A stretch of DNA of 32,000 nt from Archaeoglobus fulgidus DSM 4304 (GTDB lineage Archaea; Halobacteriota; Archaeoglobi; Archaeoglobales; Archaeoglobaceae): the NCBI RefSeq assembly GCF_000008665.1, contig NC_000917.1:1080001-1112000 (forward strand). The letters run 5' to 3'. Each line of letters starts with the position of its first letter. Position 1 is the stretch's first letter. A model generated the notes under the pieces. The model was given only the letters and a program-made list of their open reading frames with translations. It had not been told where the DNA came from and ran no database searches. Below, in pieces: positions 18,760 to 27,269 of this stretch. A program made the translations under genes and the position numbers.

Positions 18760-20623
18760 TTATCTTCTCTTCAGGTAAACTGCAATAGCTGCGATTACTA
18801 TTATCGCTATTACTGCGTAAAGCATGTAAGGCGGCTTGGCGGGAGTAACGTTTATTATGGCCTTTGCGGGCTCGCTGTAGGCCCACTCTCCCTCGGCATC
18901 CTTGTATTTAACCTCCAGATTGAGAGCGTAGAGCTTGGGCGTCGCATCGCCATCAACTGAAATTTTGAAGGTTGCGTTTGCAGCCTCACCGGGCTTCAAA
19001 TCGCCGATGAAGGCTGAGTCATCGGTGGAGGAGAAGGGGTCGACGATTGTTATTCTGGCAGTAGCGTCTCTGACTTCAAACTCGCCCACGTTCTTTATCA
19101 CGAAGGTGACGACCTTCTCCTCACCAGCAGCGATGCTTGGCTGCCCCACAACTTCAAACTCCATCTTGGGGTTTACCTTCACTCCAATCCTTACTGGGTC
19201 AAGCTCAACGTACTCATCCATTGATCTGTAAACCAAGGTTATGTCCGCCGGATAGGTGACGGTTCGCCTCGCTCGATGCCTTTAGCTTGAAAACTGCCTT
19301 GAACTCCTCACCAGCCTTTATCTCGCCAACGTAGTACTCAGAGCTGAGAACTGAGAGGGGTGATGAGGCAGAGATTCTCACGCTGGCATCCTTAAGGTCG
19401 GTGTCGCTGAGAAGCGTTACCTCCACCTCCCCCTTGGCGTTCACGTAAACTCTGCTTTCAGTGCTCTTCACAGTGATTTCAGGGGCATCCCTCACCTCTA
19501 CACCGAAGGTTGTGGAGTCGCTCTCTGTTAGCTTACCAAATTCGTCCAGATAGACGGCCTTAATCTGGAGAGGATAGGTTCCGCCATCCTTCACGTTGAT
19601 TTTCAGGTAGAAGGTGGCGTTTGCCGCATCTCCTGGTTTAAGGTCGCCGACATAGTAGGCAGCCTTCGCTGATGAGACTGTTGTAGCCATTCCTGCTGAG
19701 GGCATTGCCGGATACATGCCTGTCGGCATCCCTGCAGGGATGCTGGTAGTCATTCCCGTGGGCATACCTGCTGGCATTCCTGAAGGCATTGCTGATGCTG
19801 TGGAAACGCTTAATCCCTGAGCCTCAAAGCCCGATGGGGTGTCGAGAACCAGATAGGCATTCCTTGCCGTTTTATCGCCCAGGTTTTTGACCATGACAGT
19901 TATCCTGCCCTTTGCCCCACCGACGAGGTTCTCACCTTCCACCTTTAAAACTTCAAGCCTGACCGGCTTCTCCTCGATGTAGATTTTTATCGGGATTGTC
20001 TGGGATTCCATTACGTATTCGAGCTCGTACTTCTGATTGAGCAACTTGTAAGTGTAATACCTCGTTCCGTTGCCTGTGAGGTTGTAGTAATCGGGATTAT
20101 ACATGGGGTAATGCACTACGCCCGTGATACTCTCGTTTTTGATTGCTATGATGTCTTGAGATGGTAAGACTGTGGAAAAAGAGTCAAATGATTCGAGGTC
20201 GTTAATTCTGTAGTAAGTAACCTCAAGGCTAAGCTCGTATTCTCCCGCCTTCGCACTGTCGGAAATGCTGATTAGAAAGTTCAGGTTGACCGGATACATT
20301 GGTTGCAGAGCCGGAATGCGCTGCTCCGGAGTTTTCACCTTCACGTATTCGTTCCCCTCAAGCGAAATTTGAACGTCGTAGGCTGTGAACAGCATTTCTT
20401 CTCTGCCATTGAAAAATCCTGCCTCTTTCTGGTCATCGTATTTAATCTCCTCGTTCCAAGCGTCATTGAAAATTACAAGAACCAGATTCTTTTCGTCTCC
20501 CCTCTCAAAAAAGCTTGAGCCGTAAATGTATGCAACGATTTCCGGTTTTTTCTCGTAGTCCAGAGCCTGTGCTGTGGCTGTAATAAGCAGCAATGCCGCA
20601 ATAACCATCACGAACCATCTCAT
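18760..20623 (-). CDS. Secreted/surface protein with repeated CARDB/COG1361-like domains and C-terminal TM anchor; reading frame interrupted near 19260
   Basis: ORFs 19214-20623 and 18760-19236 join into one protein. It has signal peptide MRWFVMVIAALLLITATAQA and three related segments: AAYYVGDLKPGDAANATF, SSEYYVGEIKAGEEFKAVF, and after the frameshift SAFIGDLKPGEAANATF. The C-terminal TM is PPYMLYAVIAIIVIAAIAVYLKRR. The correct-frame sequence TYPADITLVYRSMDEY is encoded in the overlap. Confidence 0.8.
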
Positions 20624-20649
20624 TGTCTCACCTGTCGTAGTCCCAGATA

Positions 20650-20672
20650 CGAAAGATTATATATACCTTTCG
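20650..20672. promoter_or_regulatory. Divergent promoter with TATA element flanked by 6-bp inverted arms (CGAAAG-N11-CTTTCG)
   Basis: cgaaagattatatatacctttcg. ATG of the plus-strand gene at 20687 is about 24 nt from the TATA centre. The minus-strand gene starts at 20623 with SD-like caggtgag. Confidence 0.55.
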
Positions 20673-20686
20673 CTGTAGGTTCACTG

Positions 20687-21382
20687 ATGCTCGTTGAAGT
20701 GCTCAAAAGCTTTGGTCTGAGCGAGTATGAGGCTAAAGCGCTGGTGGCGCTGGTTTCGAAGGGAACGCTTACAGCAAAGGAGGTATCCGAGATTAGCGGT
20801 ATCCCCAGAACCTCCGTTTACGACGTGATGAACTCCTTACTTTCAAAAGGCCTCGTTGAGTCCTTCGGAAAGCCGAAAAGGTTTAAGGCCCTCAACGTCA
20901 GCGATATCATATCCGTTCTTTCCCGCAGAGTAAACGAGAACATCGAGATTTTGAGGAGAGAGCTATCGAAGCTTGAGACAGAGGAAATTGACGTCATCAG
21001 GGTTTACAGGGGAGAGATGGTTCTTGAAAAGCTAAGAGAGCTTGTAGAGAGCGCGAAGAGGGAGATTGTTGGAGTCCTGTCTTATATTCCCGAAAGCGTG
21101 GCGGAGATACTTAGGAGGGCAACCTGCAGGCTGATTTTAATATCATCCAATGCCAGAGCGGTGGAGAACGCTGAAAGCTACGAGTTTGAGAAGAAGGAGG
21201 AGGTGGCAAGGAGCTTCAAAAACTTCTGCCACGGCATCTTCATTTTTGACGATGAAAGGACCTTCAGCATCTTCATCAATGGAACACAGATTGCAATCAT
21301 GAGCGAGAGCCCGGCGGTGATTGAGTTTTCCAAAATGGTTATGATACCAGTAATTGAGTTCATGAGGAGAAAGAATGATTGA
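20687..21382 (+). CDS. TrmB-family transcriptional regulator
   Basis: FGLSEYEAKALVALVSKGTLTAKEVSEISGIPRTSVYDVMNSLLSKGLVESFGKPKRFKAL is the classic TrmB HTH, followed by a coiled linker and a C-terminal effector-like domain. Confidence 0.93.
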   Translation: MLVEVLKSFGLSEYEAKALVALVSKGTLTAKEVSEISGIPRTSVYDVMNSLLSKGLVESFGKPKRFKALNVSDIISVLSRRVNENIEILRRELSKLETEEIDVIRVYRGEMVLEKLRELVESAKREIVGVLSYIPESVAEILRRATCRLILISSNARAVENAESYEFEKKEEVARSFKNFCHGIFIFDDERTFSIFINGTQIAIMSESPAVIEFSKMVMIPVIEFMRRKND

Positions 21383-22010
21383 CCTGCACATTCACTCAAA
21401 CTACTCCGATGGACAGGGGAGCGTTGAGGAGATTGCGAGAAGGGCGAAGGAGAGAGGGCTTAAGGCGATTGCAATAGTTGACCACTCCATCGAGCTGCCC
21501 TTCGGCCTGACGGAAAAGAAGGCGAGAATGCGTGAAATAGAGATTGAGAACGCAGCATCGCTTTACGGCATAAAGATTTACAGCGGAATTGAGTGCAGCA
21601 TAAACGCAGCAGGAGAAATTGTCCTCCCAGACTTTGACTTTGATTTCATCATCGCCTCAGTTCACGAGTTTGTATATGGACAGGCTTACTATGAGAGGGT
21701 AATCAGGTGCCTTGAAAGCCATGATGTTGATGTTCTCGGCCATCCCTTCTCTCCACTCTTCGGTTTTGATGGCAGGCTTGCTGAGATGGACGAAAAGCTT
21801 CTGGATGTTGTTGAGGAGAGGGGGGTGGCGGTAGAGCTAAACTCCTCCCACAAATCACCGCAGGATGAGTTTTTGCAGCTCTGCAGAGACAGGAAAATTG
21901 CCTACAGTATTGGGAGCGATGCGCACAGCCTTTCAGGTGTTGGTGAAGTGGGATGGAGTGTTGAGAAGGCTAAAAGATATATGGCGGGAGCGAAACTCTT
22001 CACTCCATGA
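21375..22010 (+). CDS. PHP-domain metal-dependent phosphoesterase family protein
   Basis: MIDLHIHSNYSDGQGSVEEIARRAKERGLKAIAIVDHS...KIYSGIECSI...HPFSPLFGFDG...IGSDAHSLSGVGEVGW. Confidence 0.9.
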   Translation: MIDLHIHSNYSDGQGSVEEIARRAKERGLKAIAIVDHSIELPFGLTEKKARMREIEIENAASLYGIKIYSGIECSINAAGEIVLPDFDFDFIIASVHEFVYGQAYYERVIRCLESHDVDVLGHPFSPLFGFDGRLAEMDEKLLDVVEERGVAVELNSSHKSPQDEFLQLCRDRKIAYSIGSDAHSLSGVGEVGWSVEKAKRYMAGAKLFTP

Positions 22011-22420
22011 AGTGCATCACTCTAACCGTTGATGCGATAATCCCCTATCAGGGCAAAATCGTGCTGATAAAGAGGCTGAATGAGCCCTTCAAGGGTCACT
22101 ATGCTCTTCCGGGCGGGATAGTGGAATACGGCGAGAGGGTTGAAGACGCGGTGCTGAGAGAAGTTGAGGAGGAGACGGGGCTGAAGGGAGAGATTCACTC
22201 CTTGGTTGGAGTTTACTCTGATCCGAACAGAGACCCAAGGGGGCACTTCGTCTCGGTCTGCTTTGTTGTTCTGCCGAAAGGAGGAGAGCTTAAGGCGGGG
22301 AGCGATGCAAAGGAGGTGGGGCTTTTCAGCCTTAACGAGCTTCCAAAGCTCGCCTTTGACCATGAGAAGATGATAAAGGATGCGGAGGTGATTCTGCGTG
22401 GAATTCTGTCCGAAGTGTAA
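22007..22420 (+). CDS. NUDIX hydrolase (ADP-ribose pyrophosphatase-like)
   Basis: Nudix box GGIVEYGERVEDAVLREVEEETGL. Confidence 0.95.
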   Translation: MKCITLTVDAIIPYQGKIVLIKRLNEPFKGHYALPGGIVEYGERVEDAVLREVEEETGLKGEIHSLVGVYSDPNRDPRGHFVSVCFVVLPKGGELKAGSDAKEVGLFSLNELPKLAFDHEKMIKDAEVILRGILSEV

Positions 22421-22709
22421 GAGTCTGATGATATATCAGGGGGACAAGCTCGTTTGCAGGAAGTGCGGCTATGAGAAGGAGGCTGATGACAGCGAGGAGC
22501 TTGTAATCAAGGTGGAGAGGAACAAGGAAGATGTTCCCGTTATAGAGGGTGAGAACCTCAAGACTTTGCCAACAACAAAGGCCATCTGTCCGGCATGCGG
22601 CCACAACGAAGCTTTCTGGTGGTTAAGGCAGCTCAGGGCCGCAGATGAGAGTGAAGTCAGGTTCTTCCGCTGCACAAAGTGCGGGAAGACGTGGAGAGAG
22701 TACGATTAA
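22398..22709 (+). CDS. tfs: Transcription factor S (TFS; RPB9/TFIIS-like)
   Basis: Two zinc ribbons: MEFCPKCKSLMIYQGDKLVCRKCGYEK and CPACGHNEAFWWLRQLRAADESEVRFFRCTKCGKTWREYD. GTG start inside the NUDIX 3' end. Confidence 0.95.
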   Translation: MEFCPKCKSLMIYQGDKLVCRKCGYEKEADDSEELVIKVERNKEDVPVIEGENLKTLPTTKAICPACGHNEAFWWLRQLRAADESEVRFFRCTKCGKTWREYD

Positions 22710-22808
22710 AAAGTATCATTAAAAAAATATTTAAAAATTTTGAAATTTAGGAGCCTCTCCTCCTTATCAGCCATACGGCTCCGAGAACAACTGCCAATAT
22801 CCCCGCAA

Positions 22809-24441
22809 TTATTCCTCCGAAGCCACCTTTGGATAAATGCCGTATCCGAGGTCCTCCCAGTGCATTCTCCCTTCAGCTATGTTGTGGCAGTCGAAGCAGA
22901 ACAGTGCCTTTTCCTTGGGCTGGACTCCGTGGTTGACCTGCATGTATCTCACGTAAAGAACCGCCTTGCCCGGTTCGTAGGTCACTCCAGCGTCCTTTGC
23001 CCCAGCTGCCATCGCCATGGTTATGTTTCCAGTTGCAAAGGCAATTCCAGCCTTTACTGGAACGGGGACCCTATCCTGCTCGCTGTAGGGGACTACTGCA
23101 ACATGAACTTTGAACGGGTAAATCTTTGCATCGCCATCCTCCTTCGAGGCTGTGGGCTTCACGTAGTAAATTGCTCCAACAACCTCTCCACTTCCTGCCT
23201 TGATTTGAGAAGCCTCATACTTTCCTCCGACCTTCTCCATGACCTCACTTACTGGAACTGGCTCAACAGGTGTAGGGAAGATGTAAACCTCCCTATCTCC
23301 GTTGTACCAGGCGTAGCTGGGCTGGAGGTTGTTGAAGAGGTACCACTTGCTGTAATCGCCACTTTCAGGGTCAGGAATCGCGAACTTCCACCTCTTCTCC
23401 TTGGGTAGGAAAGTTGCGACTGTCCAGTCCCTGTAGTACTCGGTCGGGTACTCTCCATGGGCTATTGTGGGAATGTGGCAGGTCTGGCATGCAACTCTGT
23501 CGTGGAAGGTGTTCAGGAAGTACCCGAAAAAGCCATTGTGCGGGTCTTCAGTGTGGCAGTTGCTGCACTTCGGCACCCTCTCCCTCTCTCGACCATGTGT
23601 CAACAGAATTTGTACCGAACTCGTGATTCTCACCGCTGTGGCAGTCTGTGCATCCCAAACCGGCTTTGAAGTGAACATCGAATTCGGCAGCAAGCTCAGG
23701 GTTCAGCAGGTCGGGAGCGATGTTGGGCCTCTTGAGGTGCGGACCTCCACCGCTGAAGGCGTGGCAGGCCAGACAGTTCTTGCTTTGCGGCCTGTTTATG
23801 ATGCTCTTCGCAAGCTCTTCCGTCGGAACGTTTATTACGTATCTCCACCTGCCCTGGTCGTCCTTAGTCACATTCTTGAGTCCGAGCTTGATTCCGAGAA
23901 CGCCAGAAACGTAAACATCGGGCTTTGCGTGGCAGGCCAAGCAATCGATGTTGCCAAGCTGCTCCTCACTCTCCTGCGGGCTTGGCGGAAGACCCATTCC
24001 AACTCCGTGGCACATGCTGCACCCTGTCAGTCCGGTAAAGCTTCCTACAAGGTCTTCGTAGCCTTCAGGGGCTTTTTTCAGCGTTATGTACCCTATCCAG
24101 TTCACCACCTTTGTGCCGTTGTTGACGAACATGGCCATGCAGTAGTCGTTGAAGGCCATTTTGCCTCCAAAAATCATGGTTTTCCCGTTGATTCCTTCAT
24201 TCTCCGAGAAAAGCTGGTAGTGGTAGCTGTGGAAAAACTGCCTTACCTTATCCTCGTGGCACTGAATGCAGGTTTTGGAGCCCTCATACTTGGTTATCCC
24301 CTTTTCCTCCCAGACTTTTGAGTGGTCGATGACCTTGAACTCCTCTGCCTCCCCGGTCTCTTCGCCATCTCCAAGAGCAACAGCAACGCTGGCAAGCAAT
24401 GCGATGCAAACAGTGATGAGGAACTTATTGATGGCTCTCAT
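22809..24441 (-). CDS. Exported octaheme (8x CXXCH) c-type cytochrome, possibly octaheme tetrathionate reductase-like; reading frame interrupted near 23585
   Basis: ORF 23548-24441 has signal peptide MRAINKFLITVCIALLASVAVALG plus CIQCH, CSMCH, CLACH, CLACH, CTDCH. ORF 22809-23693 supplies CSNCH, CQTCH, CFDCH. The two overlap in adjacent frames at ...VDTWSRE/RERVPKCSNCHTEDPHNG. Confidence 0.85.
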
Positions 24442-24533
24442 TAGCCTTACCTATTAAATTTCCAATTTATAAAAGTTACTTCTACGATTTTTATCGCATT
24501 TGTCAAAACCTTTAAAAAATCACATCACATTTT

Positions 24534-24569
24534 GTTAACAGTGATAACTCAGGAGTTAACAGTGATAAA
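24534..24569. repeat. Tandemly spaced 14-bp direct repeat (gttaacagtgataa), candidate operator
   Basis: GTTAACAGTGATAAC (24534-24548) and GTTAACAGTGATAAA (24555-24569), 21 bp repeat period. Each copy is an imperfect palindrome. Confidence 0.7.
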
Positions 24570-24599
24570 ACTTTCCGCCTGTTACTAAAAGGATAGCAA

Positions 24600-24609
24600 A
24601 ATTTAAAAC
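24600..24609 (+). promoter_or_regulatory. TATA-like element for the hdrA-like gene
   Basis: aatttaaaac about 25-30 nt before ATG 24633, with only a short gap before the CDS. Confidence 0.4.
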
Positions 24610-24632
24610 CGGAAAAATAAAGGGGCAAGGGA

Positions 24633-26942
24633 ATGAGGATTGGGGTTTTTGTATGCCACTGTGGTCTGAACATTGCAAGAGTTGTTGATGTTAAGGAGCT
24701 TGTTGAGTATGCCAAGACAATTGACGGCGTTGTTCACGCTGAGGATATCGATTATGCCTGCTCCGATTCTGGGCAGGAGGAGATTTTAAACGCCATTAAG
24801 GAGAAGAACCTTGATGCTTTTGTTGTTGCTGCCTGCAGCCCCAAACTTCACGAGCCAACCTTCAGGAGAGTTGCCATAAGGGCCGGGCTGAATCCATACA
24901 TGGTTGAGATTGCGAACATCAGGGAGCAGTGCTCCTGGGTTCATCAGGCAAAGCCAAAGGCTGCCCTGGCAAAGGCGAAGGACTTAATCAGGATGGCCGT
25001 TGCGAAGGCCAGGACAAACAGGCCCTTAGAGAGAAGAAAGGCCGAAATTGAGAGAAGTGTTGCCGTCATCGGTGGTGGAGTCGCGGGAATTGAGGCGGCT
25101 TTAACACTGGCCGATTCCGGAATTAAGGTTTACCTCATAGAGAAAAATCCCACCATTGGGGGGCACATGGCCACGCTTAACGAGGTTTTTCCGACAAATG
25201 ACTGCTCCATCTGCATTCTTGCCCCAAAAATGAGCGACGTCTGGAATCACGAGAACATTGAGGTCATAACCAATGCCGAGATCGATGAAATTAACGGGAG
25301 CGTCGGTAATTTCAGAATTAAGGTTATCAAGCACCCAAGATACGTTGACGAGAGCAAGTGCAAGGGCTGCATAGACGACTGCAGCAGTGTCTGCCCTGTA
25401 GAAATCCCAAACGAGTTTGATTACGGCATTGGCGTGAGAAAGGCCATCTACATTCCAATCCCACAGTCAACTCCTCTCTACGCTGCAATAGACTGGGAGC
25501 ATTGCATAGGCTGCAGACTCTGTGAGAAGGCCTGCCAGCCAAAGGCTGTGGACTTCAGCCAGCAGCCCGAAACGCTTGAAATCAAGGCTGGAGCGATAAT
25601 TGTCGCTACTGGATACAAAATCTTCGATGCGAGAAGGAAGACAGAATACGGCTATGGAAGGTTTAAAAACGTAATTACAACTATTGAGCTGGAAAGGTTG
25701 CTCTCTGCCAGCGGTCCAACAATGGGAAGATTGCTGAGACCCTCTGACAGCACCGTGCCAAAAAGAATAGCCTTCATCCAGTGTGTGGGAAGCAGGGATG
25801 AGAAGACGAACAAGTACTGCAGCAGAGTTTGCTGCATGGTCAGCCTTAAGAACGCCTATGCCATAAAGGAGAGGTATCACGATGCTGAGATTACCATCTT
25901 CTACATAGACATCAGGGCCTTCGGCAGAATGTATGAAGAGTTTTACAGGAGAGTTCAGGAGGCTGGAGTGAGGTTTATCAGGGGCAAGGTTGGGGAAATC
26001 ATAGAGAACGAAAACGGGAATTTGATTGTAAGCTACGAGAGCACGCTTGAGGGAGAGGTGAGGGAGGAGGAGTTTGATCTCGTCGTCCTCTCCATCGGCA
26101 TAGAGGGGAACAGGGATGTAGCCACAAAGCTTGGTTTGGGAATAGGTGAGGACGGATTTTTTGAAGTAGCTCATCCCAAGCTCAGGCCAGCTGAAACCAA
26201 CGTTAAGGGCATTTTCCTTGCGGGCTGTGCCAGCGGGCCGAGGGACATTCAGGACAGCGTTGCCTCAGCTGGTTTGGCTGCAGCAAAGGCTGCACAGCTT
26301 GTGCTTACAGGAGAGACCGAATTCGACCCCTACAACGCATACGTTGATGAGGAGAAGTGCATTGGATGCAGAATCTGCGAGAAGGTTTGCGAGTTCAATG
26401 CCGTTACCGTTGACAGGAAGGCTAAAATCAACCCCAACGCCTGTGCGATGTGTGGAATATGCGTTGCTGCATGTCCCGCTGATGCTATAGACATGGGATT
26501 TTTCAGCGATGAAGGCATTAAGGCCATGATAGACGCTCTGGGTGAGGAGAAGAACGCCGACCCCCTCGCCCTAGCCTTTGCCTGCTGGTACTGCAGCTAC
26601 GGCGCTGCTGATTTGGCTGGAACAACGAAGGTGCAGTACGAGCCTAACGTCCGCATTATCAGGGTGCTCTGCTCTGGCAGAGTTGACCCAGAATGGGTTT
26701 TGAGGGCCTTGGCCAGGGGCATTGATGGTGTAATCATTGCAGGATGCAGGCTTGGGGAGTGCCACTTCAAGTATGGAAACTACAAGGCGAAGGACAGGTT
26801 TGAGGCCTTGAAGGAGGCTTTGAAGGAAGTGGGGATCGAGCCTGAAAGAGTTAGATGCATCTGGCACTCTGCAGGAGAGGCGGAGGGCATTGCCAACGAT
26901 TTCAACGAGTTCGTGGAGGAGCTGAAAAAGTTGAAGAGCTGA
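24633..26942 (+). CDS. hdrA: HdrA-like heterodisulfide reductase subunit A with fused C-terminal MvhD-type domain
   Basis: 769 aa. CHCGLNIARVVDV..., FAD motif AVIGGGVAGIEAALTLADSG, CIGCRLCEKAC, CIGCRICEKVC, CAMCGICVAAC. The C-terminus AFACWYCSYGAADLAG...RVLCSGRVDPEWVLRALARGIDGVIIAGCRLGECHFKYGNYKA is MvhD-like. Confidence 0.93.
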   Translation: MRIGVFVCHCGLNIARVVDVKELVEYAKTIDGVVHAEDIDYACSDSGQEEILNAIKEKNLDAFVVAACSPKLHEPTFRRVAIRAGLNPYMVEIANIREQCSWVHQAKPKAALAKAKDLIRMAVAKARTNRPLERRKAEIERSVAVIGGGVAGIEAALTLADSGIKVYLIEKNPTIGGHMATLNEVFPTNDCSICILAPKMSDVWNHENIEVITNAEIDEINGSVGNFRIKVIKHPRYVDESKCKGCIDDCSSVCPVEIPNEFDYGIGVRKAIYIPIPQSTPLYAAIDWEHCIGCRLCEKACQPKAVDFSQQPETLEIKAGAIIVATGYKIFDARRKTEYGYGRFKNVITTIELERLLSASGPTMGRLLRPSDSTVPKRIAFIQCVGSRDEKTNKYCSRVCCMVSLKNAYAIKERYHDAEITIFYIDIRAFGRMYEEFYRRVQEAGVRFIRGKVGEIIENENGNLIVSYESTLEGEVREEEFDLVVLSIGIEGNRDVATKLGLGIGEDGFFEVAHPKLRPAETNVKGIFLAGCASGPRDIQDSVASAGLAAAKAAQLVLTGETEFDPYNAYVDEEKCIGCRICEKVCEFNAVTVDRKAKINPNACAMCGICVAACPADAIDMGFFSDEGIKAMIDALGEEKNADPLALAFACWYCSYGAADLAGTTKVQYEPNVRIIRVLCSGRVDPEWVLRALARGIDGVIIAGCRLGECHFKYGNYKAKDRFEALKEALKEVGIEPERVRCIWHSAGEAEGIANDFNEFVEELKKLKS

Positions 26943-26979
26943 TTTAATTCGTCTTAAGAAGGTAAAAGAGGCAGAAAAA

Positions 26980-27204
26980 CTAAGCCTCCACGACCCTCAC
27001 ACATCTTGTTGGGCAGATTCTCTCGCATTTCCTGCAGCCCGTGCATTTCTCCTGGTTTTCCGGGAACGGTATTCTTCTCCTGATTCTCATGCCGAGAAAT
27101 CTTGACTCAACTTCCTTCCATGTCCACACGCCGTTCTTGCAGACGTCAACGCACTCTCCAGCAGCGCCGCATCTCCTTGGGTCGAACTCCACTCTGAACT
27201 TCAT
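26980..27204 (-). CDS. Small ferredoxin-like 4Fe-4S protein
   Basis: From internal ATG at 27204: MKFRVEFDPRRCGAAGECVDVCKNGVWTWKEVESRFLGMRIRRRIPFPENQEKCTGCRKCERICPTRCVRVVEA. The ORF-track start at 27252 lies in a less plausible hydrophobic extension. Confidence 0.75.
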   Translation of the reverse strand: MKFRVEFDPRRCGAAGECVDVCKNGVWTWKEVESRFLGMRIRRRIPFPENQEKCTGCRKCERICPTRCVRVVEA

Positions 27205-27269
27205 GAGCTCTCCCGGGAAAAGCTGAATAAAAATTGGAGGGGATTTTGACAAAGACTGTAAAAACTGGC

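Noticed and set aside
22730-22808. Possible terminator hairpin in ggagcctctcctcc and the adjacent AT-rich stretch between tfs and the cytochrome gene
   Set aside because: The stem is short and imperfect. The AT-rich stretch is typical of archaeal 3' regions and not specific enough to call.
22740-24321. Long plus-strand ORFs (22740-23408, 23414-23626, 23457-23669, 23467-24321) opposite the cytochrome
   Set aside because: The minus strand carries eight CXXCH motifs and a signal peptide. The plus-strand translations have no recognisable features.
25467-26174. 235-aa minus-strand ORF within the hdrA-like gene
   Set aside because: Antisense shadow of a confidently identified HdrA coding region.
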